Source of the DNA: Octopus bimaculoides
Lineage: Eukaryota
Length of the DNA: 64,000 nucleotides
Assembly (NCBI RefSeq): GCF_001194135.2
Contig: NC_068982.1
Location: 22,538,014-22,602,013, forward strand
Reading direction: 5' to 3'
Shown here: piece after piece, positions 26,163-40,200 of the stretch
How positions within the stretch are numbered: the first letter of the stretch is position 1
Layout of the letters: every line of letters begins with the position of its first letter
Translations under genes and position numbers: made by a program
Notes under the pieces: model-generated
What the model was told of the DNA's origin: nothing
Database searches by the model: none
Seen by the model: only the letters and a program-made list of their open reading frames with translations

Positions 26163-28746
26163 TTAAATGGTGCTGGATGTCACTGGAAGTAGGTCGTTGT
26201 TGTATAACAGGAAGATAGTTGTATAGAAAATCATACCTTCATGAATATTCTGTGTGTTATTTTAAAAATTATTTTAAAATGCATCTACAAAAAACTGCAT
26301 TTAAATGATTATACTTTGTTCATGGGAAGTGTTGAATGAACTGTTTGTTTTTGTAAGATGAACAAAAATTGTTCTATCCTGAACTTTTTTATATCCTTGT
26401 TTCACCATCACCTATTATTCTGATGCTTCAAACATGATTTGTCTATTTTAGATTTATGGGGAATAACTACTTTTAGCATTGGTTTGAAAACTCTTGTTTA
26501 TAACTGGAATTAATCCTTAATCTGTACCTGTTGAACTTCTCTTCTGTTTTTCCTGTTGGGTTTGAGAGACATTGTTTGGCTGTTTGGCTCCCTATTTCAA
26601 GTTATTTGCATATGAACCGTCTAATCCACAATAGAAGAGAAAATAGCTGTTACACCCTTGTACTGATGTGTTCTGCCTGTATCTGTTATTAATTGAAGAC
26701 AATTTTCGGTCTGATTATTTCTTGGATAGAAATATGAAAATTTGGTTGTTTTGTTTTAAATTTTAGTTTTTATAGAAAATGCTATCTTAGAAAGAAAATA
26801 TCTTTGTGAATTCTTTCCATGAAGATGAATTATTGCTGTAATATGCCATTTTTTTTTATTGTATGTACATAACTGACTGTACTCCTAAAATGGGAAAAGC
26901 TATTCTTTACTTTCTCTATACAATAAATTAAAGCTTTGATGATGGAATATATTCATTGTTTTCAAAAACCAGTGAAATGTTTGCAGGAGTTTGTAAACAA
27001 AATGTTGCAAGTTGTATTAATCCTTGTTAATGCTTTTAAAGCTTATGCATGTATACAGCTGGAGAGAGAGAGAGAGAAACTATATCAGATTATAGATATT
27101 TCTCAGACACCAATTTGACATTGGTACTCTACTGTGTAATGTAAATTTAATGAGTTGTGTGTTACTGATATTTCTACATCCGATTCTACTCATCCATTCC
27201 ACCAAAAATATCACTAGGGCAATACACCTAGAATCTCAAACAAAATGAAGAGGGAAAAAATGCCTGGTAGATTAATATTCAAAACCATACTATCAGCAAT
27301 CAGCAAGTATATATAAAAAACAAAAAAAAAGTCTTTTAATTATCTGATGTTTTTAAAGTCAAAATATGTAGGATGCTGAATAATTCATCTACAGTTTTTT
27401 CTCTTTTTTAAATGTGTGGTGGGGAGGCTTTTAGAAGTAATGTTCTACATTCTGCCTTAACTTCCATCAAATAAATAATTACTTCTTGGTAATACATTTT
27501 TATCTCTTTTGTACTGTGTGCTAAGTTTCATAAAATTGTTTCCTTTACTTACTCTTTGTATTGCTGTTTGAAATTGGTTTGTGAATTTCTTTATTTTTAT
27601 TGGGTTAGTTTTAATCTTATTTCTTTTTGCATTTTATTTGTAAAATGGGCTTGAGAGCTGTGCTATAAAATTTGCTTCATAAAACATCACTTTAGCCATA
27701 CTCTTTCTGAACTGTTCCGCTAAAGTTCTTTGTAATGATGTGAACAGTACCAAACACGTGTGTAATATGACGGCTAAGCTGTGAATCCATATTTTTATCC
27801 TCATTTCTTTGTTATATTTAAGATATTTATGTTTTCATAAAAAAATAGTGGATAGAAATGTTAGCCATAAATCTTGAACTAAGTTAAATTTGAAGCGAGA
27901 ATTTTTCTTGGCTCCATGTGTTATTTTAGTTCTGAATCCTGTAGGATGACCACTTCAACACGAACAGGTGACAGATTTTAGTGCAAAAATCTGTCCATTG
28001 GCTGTCCCCGATTGCAAAAGTTTGAATTAGACATAAACATGAAATGGTAGATCCAGTGTAAGCAAAGTGCAAATTTAGCACTTTTTGTAATGAGTCTGAG
28101 GAATGAAAAAAAAGAAGATTCCTTGTTTGGTAAAATTAGAGATGCAAGGAACAACAATATGTACATTTACATATGAAGCAGTGAGGGTTGTTTTGATGTT
28201 TTAGGTTGGCATAAATATTTTTACTGCTAAATATATTTCCTTCTGTTAACCACTGAACTGTAAAATAGTTAAATCTCTTCTTTAACTAAGGAGTGCACAG
28301 TAGAAAGGGCAGCCATGGTTGGTCTATTGACCAGTAATTTAAATCCTCCAGTGCAGGTGTACACAATGCTTACACTGTGAAGACCTCATGTCCTTCTAGA
28401 CTTGAGGCAATTTTTTTTACATTACTGATGGTCTTAGAGGCTGTTTACTAATAAAGTGAGTCGAAATATGATCCTTGTATTCACACACTAACTGGAAGAA
28501 ACATTAAAGAAATGTATTATTGTAGTGTGCTATTACTGTATGTTGTTTAGTATTAAAGCATAATGCGATGATAAAGCCTGTATATTTCAATTTAGTGACA
28601 TTGGGAAGGATTATTCATTGAAACCTTTCAGAAATAGACCCCTTACTAAAAACAGATGTATTTTAGTTAGTCTTCAGTGTATTATGATCTAATATCTTTT
28701 GTATGAATTGTAATTAAATTTGTCAATTTTTAAATGTTTGTTTCAG

Positions 28747-28834
28747 AACACTTCCATATATTTGTTGGTGATTTAAGTCCAGATATTGAAACTCATCAAC
28801 TACGGGATGCCTTTAAAGCTTTTGGAGAAATATC
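28747..28834 (+). CDS. TIA1: TIA1 exon, RRM2 start with RNP2 ([30 protein letters not shown])
   Basis: tttcag|AACAC...ATATC|gtaagt; 88 nt, phase 1 in, phase 2 out. Confidence 0.96.
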
Positions 28835-31215
28835 GTAAGTATATGACTATTATGTGGTTATGGTTCTCGTCACAAGATGTTGCTTAACCATGTAAGCTCA
28901 AAGTTTGTAGTTGCTTGTCTTAAAAATCAAAAAGCAGAGCAGTATTGGTTATTTGAATCTTGGTTGGATGCAGTTGATTTTACTCCCCTATTAAAGGTAT
29001 TATAGATTCTGAAGATAGCTTGAAGCTTTGGCTTAAAACTGAGCACATACATTAGCTTAACGTAGACTTCAGTCTGACACAATGCAAAAGTTGGATTATA
29101 ATTTGAAATCACAAAAATCTATACATACATGCACACACACACACATACACCAGTATGCAGCTGCATGTATGTAAATGCAATCACTTAATGCGTACTGCAA
29201 GACATTGAAGAACTTGAGAAATATAGAGACACAATTATCTTCCTTGCTTATGAGATAAGTCTACATAATTCTTTGTGTAAAATATATTTTACACTTGTTG
29301 AGGTCAGACCATGAACATTTGAACATGCATTGGATATTATGATATAATCAATTTCTTTCTCCCTCAATGTACATGTTGCATGTAATTTTTTTTTTTTTAG
29401 GTTGGTGAGCGCTTAAAATTTCATTTTTATTTTGGAAGAAAAAAAAAATGTATGTAATTAGATAGAATCTTACCATTTTATGAACTTTGGTGTAAACAAA
29501 ACCATTTAGGTCCTTTTTTTGTACTGTAGTAATTGTAATATCAGCTTATATGTCATCCTAGAAAATAGATATACTATGTGTAATTCCCATATGATAAAAT
29601 GAATATTTTTTGACTAGAAGGAATACATTCCTAATAATTTTTTATTTTGGCCAACTGTTGAAGTATTTCATGACTTTAGTGTGTATCGGCTGTAGACTGC
29701 AGAGGACTGTCACTCGGGAAGTAAATTATTTTACCAATATACATATAATACAATCATAATGAATGAATGCTCTTCGTCTGTTTAGGCAACAGTTTGACGT
29801 TTTACTTGACAAATCTTTGCATTCTTTTAGATTACCCAGCTGATAACATCTTGGCTTTCAGTAAGCAGCTCAGATGACAGCATTGCAAAATGCCTTGTTT
29901 CTAGTTCTGCTTTCTGGATCATGGACCTTATCCAAATGATTTTCAGTAATATATTATCAATTCACTCAAATATTTCAGTGAAAAAAATGACTTTCTAGAC
30001 ATGTTGATTTACTTGGAAAGGTTTTCTGGTGTTCAAGAATTAGAATTCTCTTATCAGTGTCTACTATATAGTTTAATTGTTCTACGGGACAACCTCATTA
30101 TCTTCTTTTATTGGATGAATTTCCATTTAACTCTTCTATTGAATATTTTTTGCCTTGAGTTTTAGTAATTTTCTATGGTATTTTGTTGATATTGTGAGGT
30201 AAAGAATAGAAGCAATGTAAAATTTTAGAAATCAAGAAAGTTTATTATAGTTTAAACAATGTGATTGTTCACTTCCAATCCTTCTTACTCTACCTTCCAT
30301 ACAACGTATGCGAAAGAACTACCTAAAACACGTTGAGGTTTATAAATTTTGCCCCAATTCTTTACATTGAGACCATCCAGTCTGATTTCAAACCCACACT
30401 ATTCTCCAATATTCATTTTCCCCCCACCTTTCAAGTTTGTGTGTATGTGTAACTTCTAATTTTCATGATCACAACATGGGAAGATTGTTTTTGGTTTACA
30501 CTTTTCAGCTCAGTGATTTTAAAAATAGGAAACTTGTGTTGCTAAATTAACAGAGCTTTTTCGCCTTCTCTCTCTGTCTAAATCAGTTTGCAATAAAGCT
30601 ACTTGAGTCTAATTTGCATTAAAATAGCATGCAGTAAGTCATTGTTGAAGCCACGTTCACTATTATGTTTGCTGTTACTGTTGTTTCAGATGAGGTTGCA
30701 ATTAAAATTATACAGAAGGTATATATTATTAAACTGGCCATAGTCATTGAACTGCTCCCATGCAGGAGTACAGCCTTCGAGGGTTTAGTTGATTATATTA
30801 ACCCTTACCTCCCAGTATGTTTCAGTCTGTCGCTAATAGGTTTCAATTTGGCAAACCATAAGACTAGGATGTATAAAGTGACACAATTCACATACTTTCT
30901 TTTACACACACATGCACACACTGGCCTTTTACCGTTACCATCTACTGAATTCCACTCACAGACTATTGGTTAACCTGAGACGAAGACACTTGCACGCCTA
31001 AGGTGATTGCATAGTTGGGATTGAACCGAGAACTATGTAATTTCAGAAGTGAGCTTCTTAATTACACTACCACATCTGTACTTATAAAATGGCTTATGTG
31101 CATTATTTACCATTTTTAAAAATCAATTCTGTTTCACTTCCCCCACTCCATGCCTTTTTTTTTTATCTTCCATTTAGTTTACTAGTTTATTATTATATAC
31201 GTTTGTGTGTGTGTG

Positions 31216-31290
<75 letters not shown>

Positions 31291-34200
31291 GCGTGTGCAC
31301 ACGCTCACACACACACTCACACATGTATATGCATATACTTGCATATGTATATATGCACACACATGCACATGTGTGTAGAATATAAAATGTAATAAGGTGT
31401 CATTGACATAACTTGCGTGTTAGTGTTTGTTTGGCTGTATGGCAGAGTTTAGCTTGTGTGCTACTAAAATGTACGCTTTGTGACTGGCTCTGTGTGTCTC
31501 GTTATATTGTTATATTCAGGATGTACATAGCAGAGGTGCTATTTAGTAAATGAATTTAATTCTCTTCAATCGTTGTTATTAAACATGTCTCTGTCAGTTT
31601 TGTATGCAATAATGGTGGTAGAATGATCAGGTTGTCCTGTCAATGCTGAATTGAAATTTTGGCTCCATATTAACATTGAAAAGATTTTGTATGTGTATCC
31701 AAGAAGTTTACCTGTGTTGTCTTGTTGATCTTCCAAAAGTATTGATTATATCCCAAAACAAAAAAAGCAAAAAAAAAAATTTGAAAATGCAATATACTAA
31801 CAAATTAGGCTGAGAGTGACTTACTTTTTGCTTTATTTATTTTTTTTCCAATTTATTTCTTCTATATTTATTTAGATGCTTTTTAAATTTTTAGCTTTCA
31901 TTTGTTTTCCCTGTTTTTTTAATATTTTTTTTGAGACCTAGAGGGCAATTTTATTTGAAGAATAAATGAGGATATCGTATTTGGAGGAAATTTCCACCAA
32001 AATTTGGAGGAAATTTATCTTTTACAACTATCACATGCAATTATACTACATATATATATTTCATTGCGTTGATCTTTGTATATATATGTAAGTTTGTGAT
32101 TTTGTATTTTATTCTATTTTTTTTAAAATTTTCTGTTAAGTCCAACAAATTTACCTTTAAAACTTTGGTTAATGTATATATATTTTGTATGTATACATAA
32201 ACATGAAAAATTATATTAAAAATTAAATTCCTTGCTAAACTGGCGCCTCGGGGAAATATCCCAGAGCTCCATTGAACATGAAGAAAGGAATAAAAGGATT
32301 TTTTCTGTTGCCATTGCTCATTTTTCTTTTCCAATTCTTCAATTCCAAACATTGTTGCTGGTGCCATATTTAGTAATTGTTACTTTTCCTAACTTCAAAC
32401 AGATGACACGACCCGTCGTCCAGTGTACTACTACTACTACCAACAAATAAAGCGCAATTTGGCACAGGCTATGTATGCCTTTTCATTCCTACTTTTTTTT
32501 TCTTTTTTCCTTTCTCATTTCTTTTTTTCTCTTTTTTCCTGTAAAAACCGCTGTGTGAGTAGTGTGTGCACTTCTGCTATGTCACAGCGTTGAGTGCAAG
32601 ATAGATTGCTTGTTGGGCAGCAGCAGCAGCAAAAATGTGTGTCAGTAATCCTTGCCCTGTCTGTTCACCCAATCTTACATTTATATTATTTGCTAGTAAA
32701 CAAAACTATATATATATATGTATATATATATATGGGGACCTTTTATTTTATTTATGGCTGATATTTTCATACTTTTTGTAAAGATGTATATGTATGGTGG
32801 TGTTTGTGTGAGTGTGTGGTTATCACACATTTTTCCAACCTTCCCTGCAAGTAGTCAATACCTTCCCCTATTTTATATATAATTTTTTCTAGGAGCACAT
32901 TCTTCCCCCTTTTTTAATATTTGCATAAATTTAAGTATTTATGTACATACGTTCTACATACACACCATGGTAAATTTACTGTATATTTTTAAATTCATTT
33001 CATTTCCCCCCTCTATCTTTTTTGCATTTGTGTTGTATTTTTAATTCTCTTTCTTCCCATTTTATTTCTTTTAGTATGTATCAAAATAAATTTATTAACC
33101 GCTTTTTGCAGTGCACCAGATTAGACACTTAAAACTTTTTTCAAGCTCTCTTATTGTTTTTTGTAGCCAGAAGCAAGGAAACAATGTATCCATGGCCCAT
33201 TTGGCTATGTTGTTTCTTTGAAGCATGTCTCTGGCATTGATGGATGCTGCTGGTTATTATTAATCACTCTGATCATTACCCTCCCTCTTTGTAGGTTTTC
33301 AGTGGGTTTTAGTGGGAATGGTGAGAAGCAGGCATGCTAGTTCACATTATTTGGTAGCAATTGTATCTTCAGCTTTCTTAGAATGCACTAGAAAGGCTTC
33401 AACAGCAAAAGATCAACAATAATGCATATTCATTCGTACATAGATATTACTTAGCGTACATGTTACTGTGTATGCTCACTCACACATTCTATATACATTC
33501 AAACGCATCTACCAGTTTCCACTGAGTTTCATACTATAACTAGCTGTATTTTTTTTTTCTTATTTGTAGTAATGGATCAAGTTATATTAATACCATCTTT
33601 CATTTTGTTGACTTTTGTATTTTCTCCATTTTCTGTTTCAATCCTCTCAATTTGCTTAGTCTGTTATTGTGCCCTCCGTATTTCATTTTTCTTGTAGTTG
33701 TTTCTATTGGTTTTCATAAATATGTATATTATATTAGGCTTCTGACTGGGGCTTTTAAAGTGCGTCTGAAAATTTAATCCCTCTTTGGCGGAATTATCTA
33801 CTTGTAAAGGTATCTTTATTTTGAAAGTTGAGGTTCTTGACTGTCTGCACATACTAATTTGTATATTGGATGATCACTTCTGGTTTTATCGTCATTCAAA
33901 TTTTAGGTATACAATTTTGTTAGGACTAATTTAAATTGTTCTAATTTCTATAGAATTTGAGATTATTAAAGGCTTTATTAGGGCTTCCCCTGTTGTAGTA
34001 CCATGTTGAAATTGTTGGAAATTATGTAACAGTTTTGATTTCCTCATTTTTAGTGTTATATATATAATTCATGTATGTAAAAATGGAGAATAAAATGAAT
34101 ATTGTTGTTTGGACTCTTTCAATTGAAATTTTTCTTGTATATCTTGCAGCTTTCCTTTGTATTCATCATTTCTCAGCAAACCAACCATGTTTTAATTTAT

Positions 34201-37200
34201 ATCTCCTTAAATCCTTCTTTTGTCTTGGTTTACATTCCTTATATCATCATGGTTTTATAATAGCTGTATTTCTGTGAAATATTCATTTTTGACTTCATGA
34301 TTTCATAACCAAACTCTTTTTTCATATTATTTTTCATTCAATAATTTCTATCCACAAACATCCTTGTATTTTAAAATCTTTTTATTCACTAACATTTACT
34401 TTCCTATCCCAAGTTAGCAGTTTTTGCTAAGTAGGTCATTATATAAAAGATTGTGATTAAATTTCTACAAAATATCCTATGGTTTTTAATTCTGTAAACC
34501 TGGTTTATTAGATTCCATAAATTGCCTTCTGCTTGCCTCCAAGTTTACCTGATACCCTTTACGTTGACAATTTTATCCCAACCAACTGCATCCAATTATT
34601 CTTTCAGTATTATCTCCAATCAAGGAAAGCTAATTGCTTACCTTATTACTTGACAATTGTAAAAATACTTTAATAAACTCATTGTGTTGAATGAGTAACG
34701 GTTGTTTTAATTTAAAAAAGAAACCTAATGATTATTGAATCATTAGCTAAATCTCTAATCACTTGCTGCATCAGTCTATATATATATATATCTATATATA
34801 TATATATTTATTTATATATTTATATATGAAAACCCTGCCTAAATTTGGTAGCAGTACTATGTACATGTTTGCATAAAAACTTGTTGCTGTTAAAGCTTTT
34901 CTTCCAGCTAACCCATGCAGACAGTCCAGATTTGATCTCTATATTAAAAAGTTTTGTTTGTTAATCAATAATACTACTAACACCAATGCAGTATTAGGTG
35001 TAACAACATTGCTTTGTTATTAACTACTGAAACTTTTTAGTCTTTATGATCTGCACCAAAGTCTTTGAGTGTATCAAAAAATCTAAGTTTAGTGGAACTT
35101 AAGTAAGTGGAAAATGCCAGTCACATACACCTCAAAACTAATTTCTTTAACATAGTGGGCTATATTTTCTGCATGTAAAGAATTTTTCTTCATTCTTTTC
35201 CTGATTTTGAAGTCTTTAGAATATTAGTTAAAAACATCAGTAAAAAAACATTTGGTTAAATTAGATACATTCATTAGCTTTTAGTTTAAAAGTACATGTT
35301 GTAATGTACTTTTCATCTTTTAACTATCTATTCATTTAAAGTATAATTTTTCACAAAAATTTTCTTAGAAATTATTTTACGACTAAGCTACAGGTTCTAT
35401 GAAGCTGACTAAAACTATAATATCTGGAAGTAAATCCCATGAAGAAGTCTACATTTATAATATTTGGGAGGGAATCATCAGTGCATTTGTATTGATGTCA
35501 CTAAAATTTTTATTGGTTGCTTGTTAAACTTGTAGCTTTTTGCCACAGTTGCTTTGGTCTTTTTATACAGCCTGCTTGCCGTCATGTGTTTCAGGCTTAC
35601 TGTCTTTATAGTTCTCACTCAATTTTCTGTTTTTTGCTTTCCCCAATTTATTGCAGAGATTGTAAAATCATTCGGGATCCGCAAACCCTGAAATCAAAGG
35701 GATATGGTTTTGTTTCTTTTGTTAACAAAGTGGTAAGTAATAGTTTTTTTTTCATATTTATAATGATGTAAAAAATATGCTTGGGGTTTCTCAGAGGTGT
35801 TTGACAATTAAACAGTAATCTGAACGCAAATAATTATGGCATTCACCTCATTAATGGTATTCATACTGCTTCTTTGATCTTTTTTCTTTTTCTTTTTCTT
35901 TTTGTATTAAAAGCGGGTGTTAATGAAAATATGTATACAGTTCGGTCTAATTTCCAAAACTAATGACTACACCAAATGTTAATGTGCTGAAGGGGTTCAA
36001 TATGTTCTCTTGTATGTAACAATAAAATGAAACATTTTTTGGAAAGCAATGTGAAGTTCAGTGTATTGTTCAACTTTTGGATTATACATGTTAAGAAGCT
36101 CCTATTGAACCAGATTGTTGCCATGACTGATTGTATATTAGTCACCATTCTAAAATGTCACAACTATGCACAATCCATATGAAAATTGTTCTTTTCTTTA
36201 AAGCAAAAGAAAAAGCATTTAGTATATGTCTGACCTCAGAATTCTCTCTCTCTCAGTATCAATGCATTTGAATACTCTACATGACTGAATTGGGACTAGA
36301 ATTCTAAATCTGGGCCGCTTTTCTACTGCGGCTTATTTAGATGGAACATCTCAGCAGTTTGGAAAAACCTGCTTGGGTTGTTGGTTGCAACACACAACAT
36401 TTTCAGTGATGTTAAAACAGTTGCCTGCTCCATACTGAATAATGGATTTCTGTATTGCCATATCAAATAAGATATTGCTGACTGAAATACAATGATAGCT
36501 TTTCATAGAACCTTTTGGAAACGTTGAATATTTTTCAACTCAATGCTAAGTACTTAGTATCAAATGTTCAATTAAAATTTGATTATGGCTCAACCAGCTT
36601 TTGAAAGATATGCAATAATTCAAATCTAATCTTAATTATGACTTATTGAATGTTCCACGAGACAACATTTCCAGGACATGTTTTGCAAAAATGGGATATT
36701 CAAGAATGAGTAAGAAGCAACTGTGCTGGCACCATGCAAAGCACCCAGCAGACACTCTGTAAAGTGGTTGACGTTAGTGTTAAAGGGCATCGAACTGCAG
36801 AAAGCATGCTGAAACTGGCAACTAGAGCCTGGTGCAGCCCTCCTGCTAGCCAACTCCTGGTCATATCATCCACCCTAAGCCAGCATGGAAAACAGGTTTT
36901 AAACAATGATGATGAGGAGGAGTGTGATATTAAATCTAAAAGCTCGTAACTCCACACTGATAGCGGATACGATAGCAGGTAGCATGTAAATTGTGCAAGA
37001 TATAGGGCAAGTCCCAAAATTACTATTTCTTTAGCTCGAGATCAATCCTGATGAAGCAAAAGTAGATGTGTCATTCTATTCGTGACCGTCCTATCTTTAG
37101 GTGTATCTAGGAATTCATAATCTGTCATATTTTGTTTTAAATAATGGTATGTGTAATTTGATAGAACTCCAGCTGCTGTTTCTAGCAGGTTGTGCAGTGA

Positions 37201-40200
37201 CAGATTGACTTCATTGCTTTGGTTTTGGTGGTAATGTTAGCAATCTACTCCCAGAACATATGTCTCAAAATAGTGGCTTTTATTTGGGAGTTTTGCCAGT
37301 ATGGCTGCGTGTGCATGTGCACACACTTCATAAATAAGTAACTAAATTACCGAACTCTTGAACTTGGTTGCATGCAGTGTTCCTTATCCTTTGCACACTT
37401 TAATATTTCATATATTGACATGCTGTGAAAATATGTTTTTCCCTTTTGCAACAATGGCATTTCGATTTTAAATATGCATTTCATGTGTGACAGTTTCTCT
37501 CGTTTCCTATTCAAAAATTGTAAGATAATGAGTTCATTAACTCAATGAAGTTCGTGTCCATTGTTTGATCTGTATGCATCTCATGAGAAAACGTGAGAAT
37601 CACAAAACGCCAAACTAATTTTGCATTGTGCCTAACTTTCAGACAGTAAATTTTTAAAAACCAAATATAGTTTTGGTCATTAAAGATTTTCTTCCTTACA
37701 TTCTATCATCAGATTTGAAACACTGTTTATTGACACTATTCATTTTGACAGTCGTTTCTTCCTGAGCTGCCAAGTTATTGGTACATAAACGCATCAACAC
37801 CAGTTGTTAAGTGGTGGTGGGGGAACAGACACAAAAACATACATAGATATATACAGTGGGCTTCTTTCAGTTTTCATCTACCAAATCGACTCAGAAGGCA
37901 TTGGTTAGTCTGAGAACACATTTGCCCAAGGTGCCATGCAGTGAGACTGATCCCAGAACCATGTGATTGGGAAGCAAGCCTCTTGCCACAGCCATGCTGA
38001 TATATTCTATAATACCTTGTGAATTTTTATGAAAAATGCAGAAGAAACTGATAGGTATATATTGTAAACTAGATCAGTAAGTCTTAATGATTATGAATGA
38101 AGTTAAGTTAATTATTGGCTTTTCTAACAAAGTTCACGGACACTTAATCGATATTTTAAAAACAGTATTGTTTCTTTTAAGTGTTTGCATTCTAAACTGA
38201 TTTCTTTCGAACTGTGAGAGAAGTATGTTAAGATCTGTTCATCACGGATATAAATAATTATGGCCTGGCTTTCTCTCATTGATCACAGTTGTTAGATGTC
38301 TGCAATGTTTAAAATACTAGGTGGTGACTAGGTTTAAACATGGCTTCTGACTATATTTTATTCTTTTAGCTATTTTAATAAAAGCATTGGACTGGTAATC
38401 ATCAAAAATTTGATTTATGTAAGCCTAGGCAGCAAAAAAAAAAAAAAAGAAATCTACCAAATATGTGTATGTGCATGCGTTTGCATTATCATTTTGTCAT
38501 CCTTTTCCATGTTAGCATTCATTAGGCAGTTGGAGAGATCTGAAGCTTGTGGGGACACGTCTTGCTCTACTGGTTCACTTTCAGTATGGTTTTTTATGAT
38601 TGGATGTTGTTCCTAGTGCCAACCACTTTTCAGTGGACTGGATGCTTTTTCTCTGGCACCAGCGTTAATATGGTTACTTGGTAGCTTACAAGTTTAGAAG
38701 AACCCCACCACACGCACAACTAGGAGAGTACAAGTATGAAGTATGATGAAAAAACGCAGATTTATTGTCAGGTGCTTCAACAGAACCACAGTGTTTGCCT
38801 GTACCATCTCATTTTCTTGGTGTCATTTATCCTGAGAGTACATGTTTCATACCCTGCTGCAGGCAAGGCTTGCGTTCTTAGACAATCTAGTTTGTGTTTT
38901 TGCTGAAGTTTGCTGTATTTCCATAATGTATTGAATGACCTCATGGTTGGTCTTCTTGCATCAGGCCTTGCTTTGACTTCCTGGCTGTTGTCTCATCTTT
39001 GCTCAACAATGCAGCCCAAGTACTTGCACGTTTAGATGTGGTTTGGTTGGCCCCTTGGCATCATTAAATAAGCTACTCAGGTTTCCTGGTGGCTGTCATG
39101 ATCTTAGTCTTTTTGGTGTAACCGCTAGTTAAAATTGATAAGACTTGATTAAGTTTATCAATCAGTCTTTGGAACTCAGCTGGTGACATAGCAATCAGCA
39201 CAATGTCTTCAGTGGAACAAAAGTTATTGAGCTACCAGCTGTTGGTGTTTATACCAATCCATATCAGATATCTACCAACTTCTACATCATCTCAAAGCAG
39301 AGGCTACAGCAGACAGGTGAAAAAAAAGAGACCCTTGCAAAGTACAATCCCTGGTACTAAACCAGTGTGGATGCTTGCATTTTGCTCTAAGAACTACCTG
39401 CTGATAATGAACAGACATTGCATTAGGTTGAATGCTGGCTCCTTAATCTCTGCCATTTATTTGTAACTGACCATAGCTGAGATGTCAAACTGAGTTAATG
39501 CCTTTTTTATAGCCTGCTTTTCTCTATGATGATCCTCGTATTAAAAAATCCTAGTCTTGTGTCACCTTTTATAGAGCCTCATCTGCACTTCTGCAAGCTT
39601 TTCTTGAGTGGTCTGCATCCTCTTCATTGATATTATCAACCGGGATATTATTGGAATCAGCAATCCTTGCAACTTTGGACAGTACAATGAAAACTGTTTA
39701 CATGCAGTCATTGTCTTGTCTCACAGATTTTAATGCAATTTGATAAGGATCTAGCTTCCCAGATATCTCTTTTTCTCATCTGAATCAACTGATTCTGGTT
39801 GTTAATGAAATGAGAAATTCCTAATATGTGTATGCTTGCATAAATGTACATGTCAATTATGCTAAAATACTTGTAGGTTTCTGTTAAACATACGTTTCTC
39901 TTAACTTTTGACTTATATTTGTACAATTTCACTCAAATAGCCAATGCATTGTTAGACTTCCTCTTCATGTTTAAAGTGAGGTCATCTGATGTAAATAAGA
40001 CACCCCCTTCCCCTAACTGCTAATACTTCAGGAGCTTGCATGTTTTCATAAGTTTTTGCCCTTATATATCTTCTATTGGAATTTCAATAAGATGCATACA
40101 TTGAATAGCATGGTGACTATATTTTATTGCTAGAATGAATGCCATTTCAGTTGATACATTTTAATTAAACTTCAGGGTTAATTTAGCAATAGTATGTGGA

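Noticed and set aside
32384-32402. U12-type branch site (TTTTCCTAAC) before the poison exon
   Set aside because: It differs from the TCCTTAAC consensus, and the upstream donor GTAAGT is U2-type.
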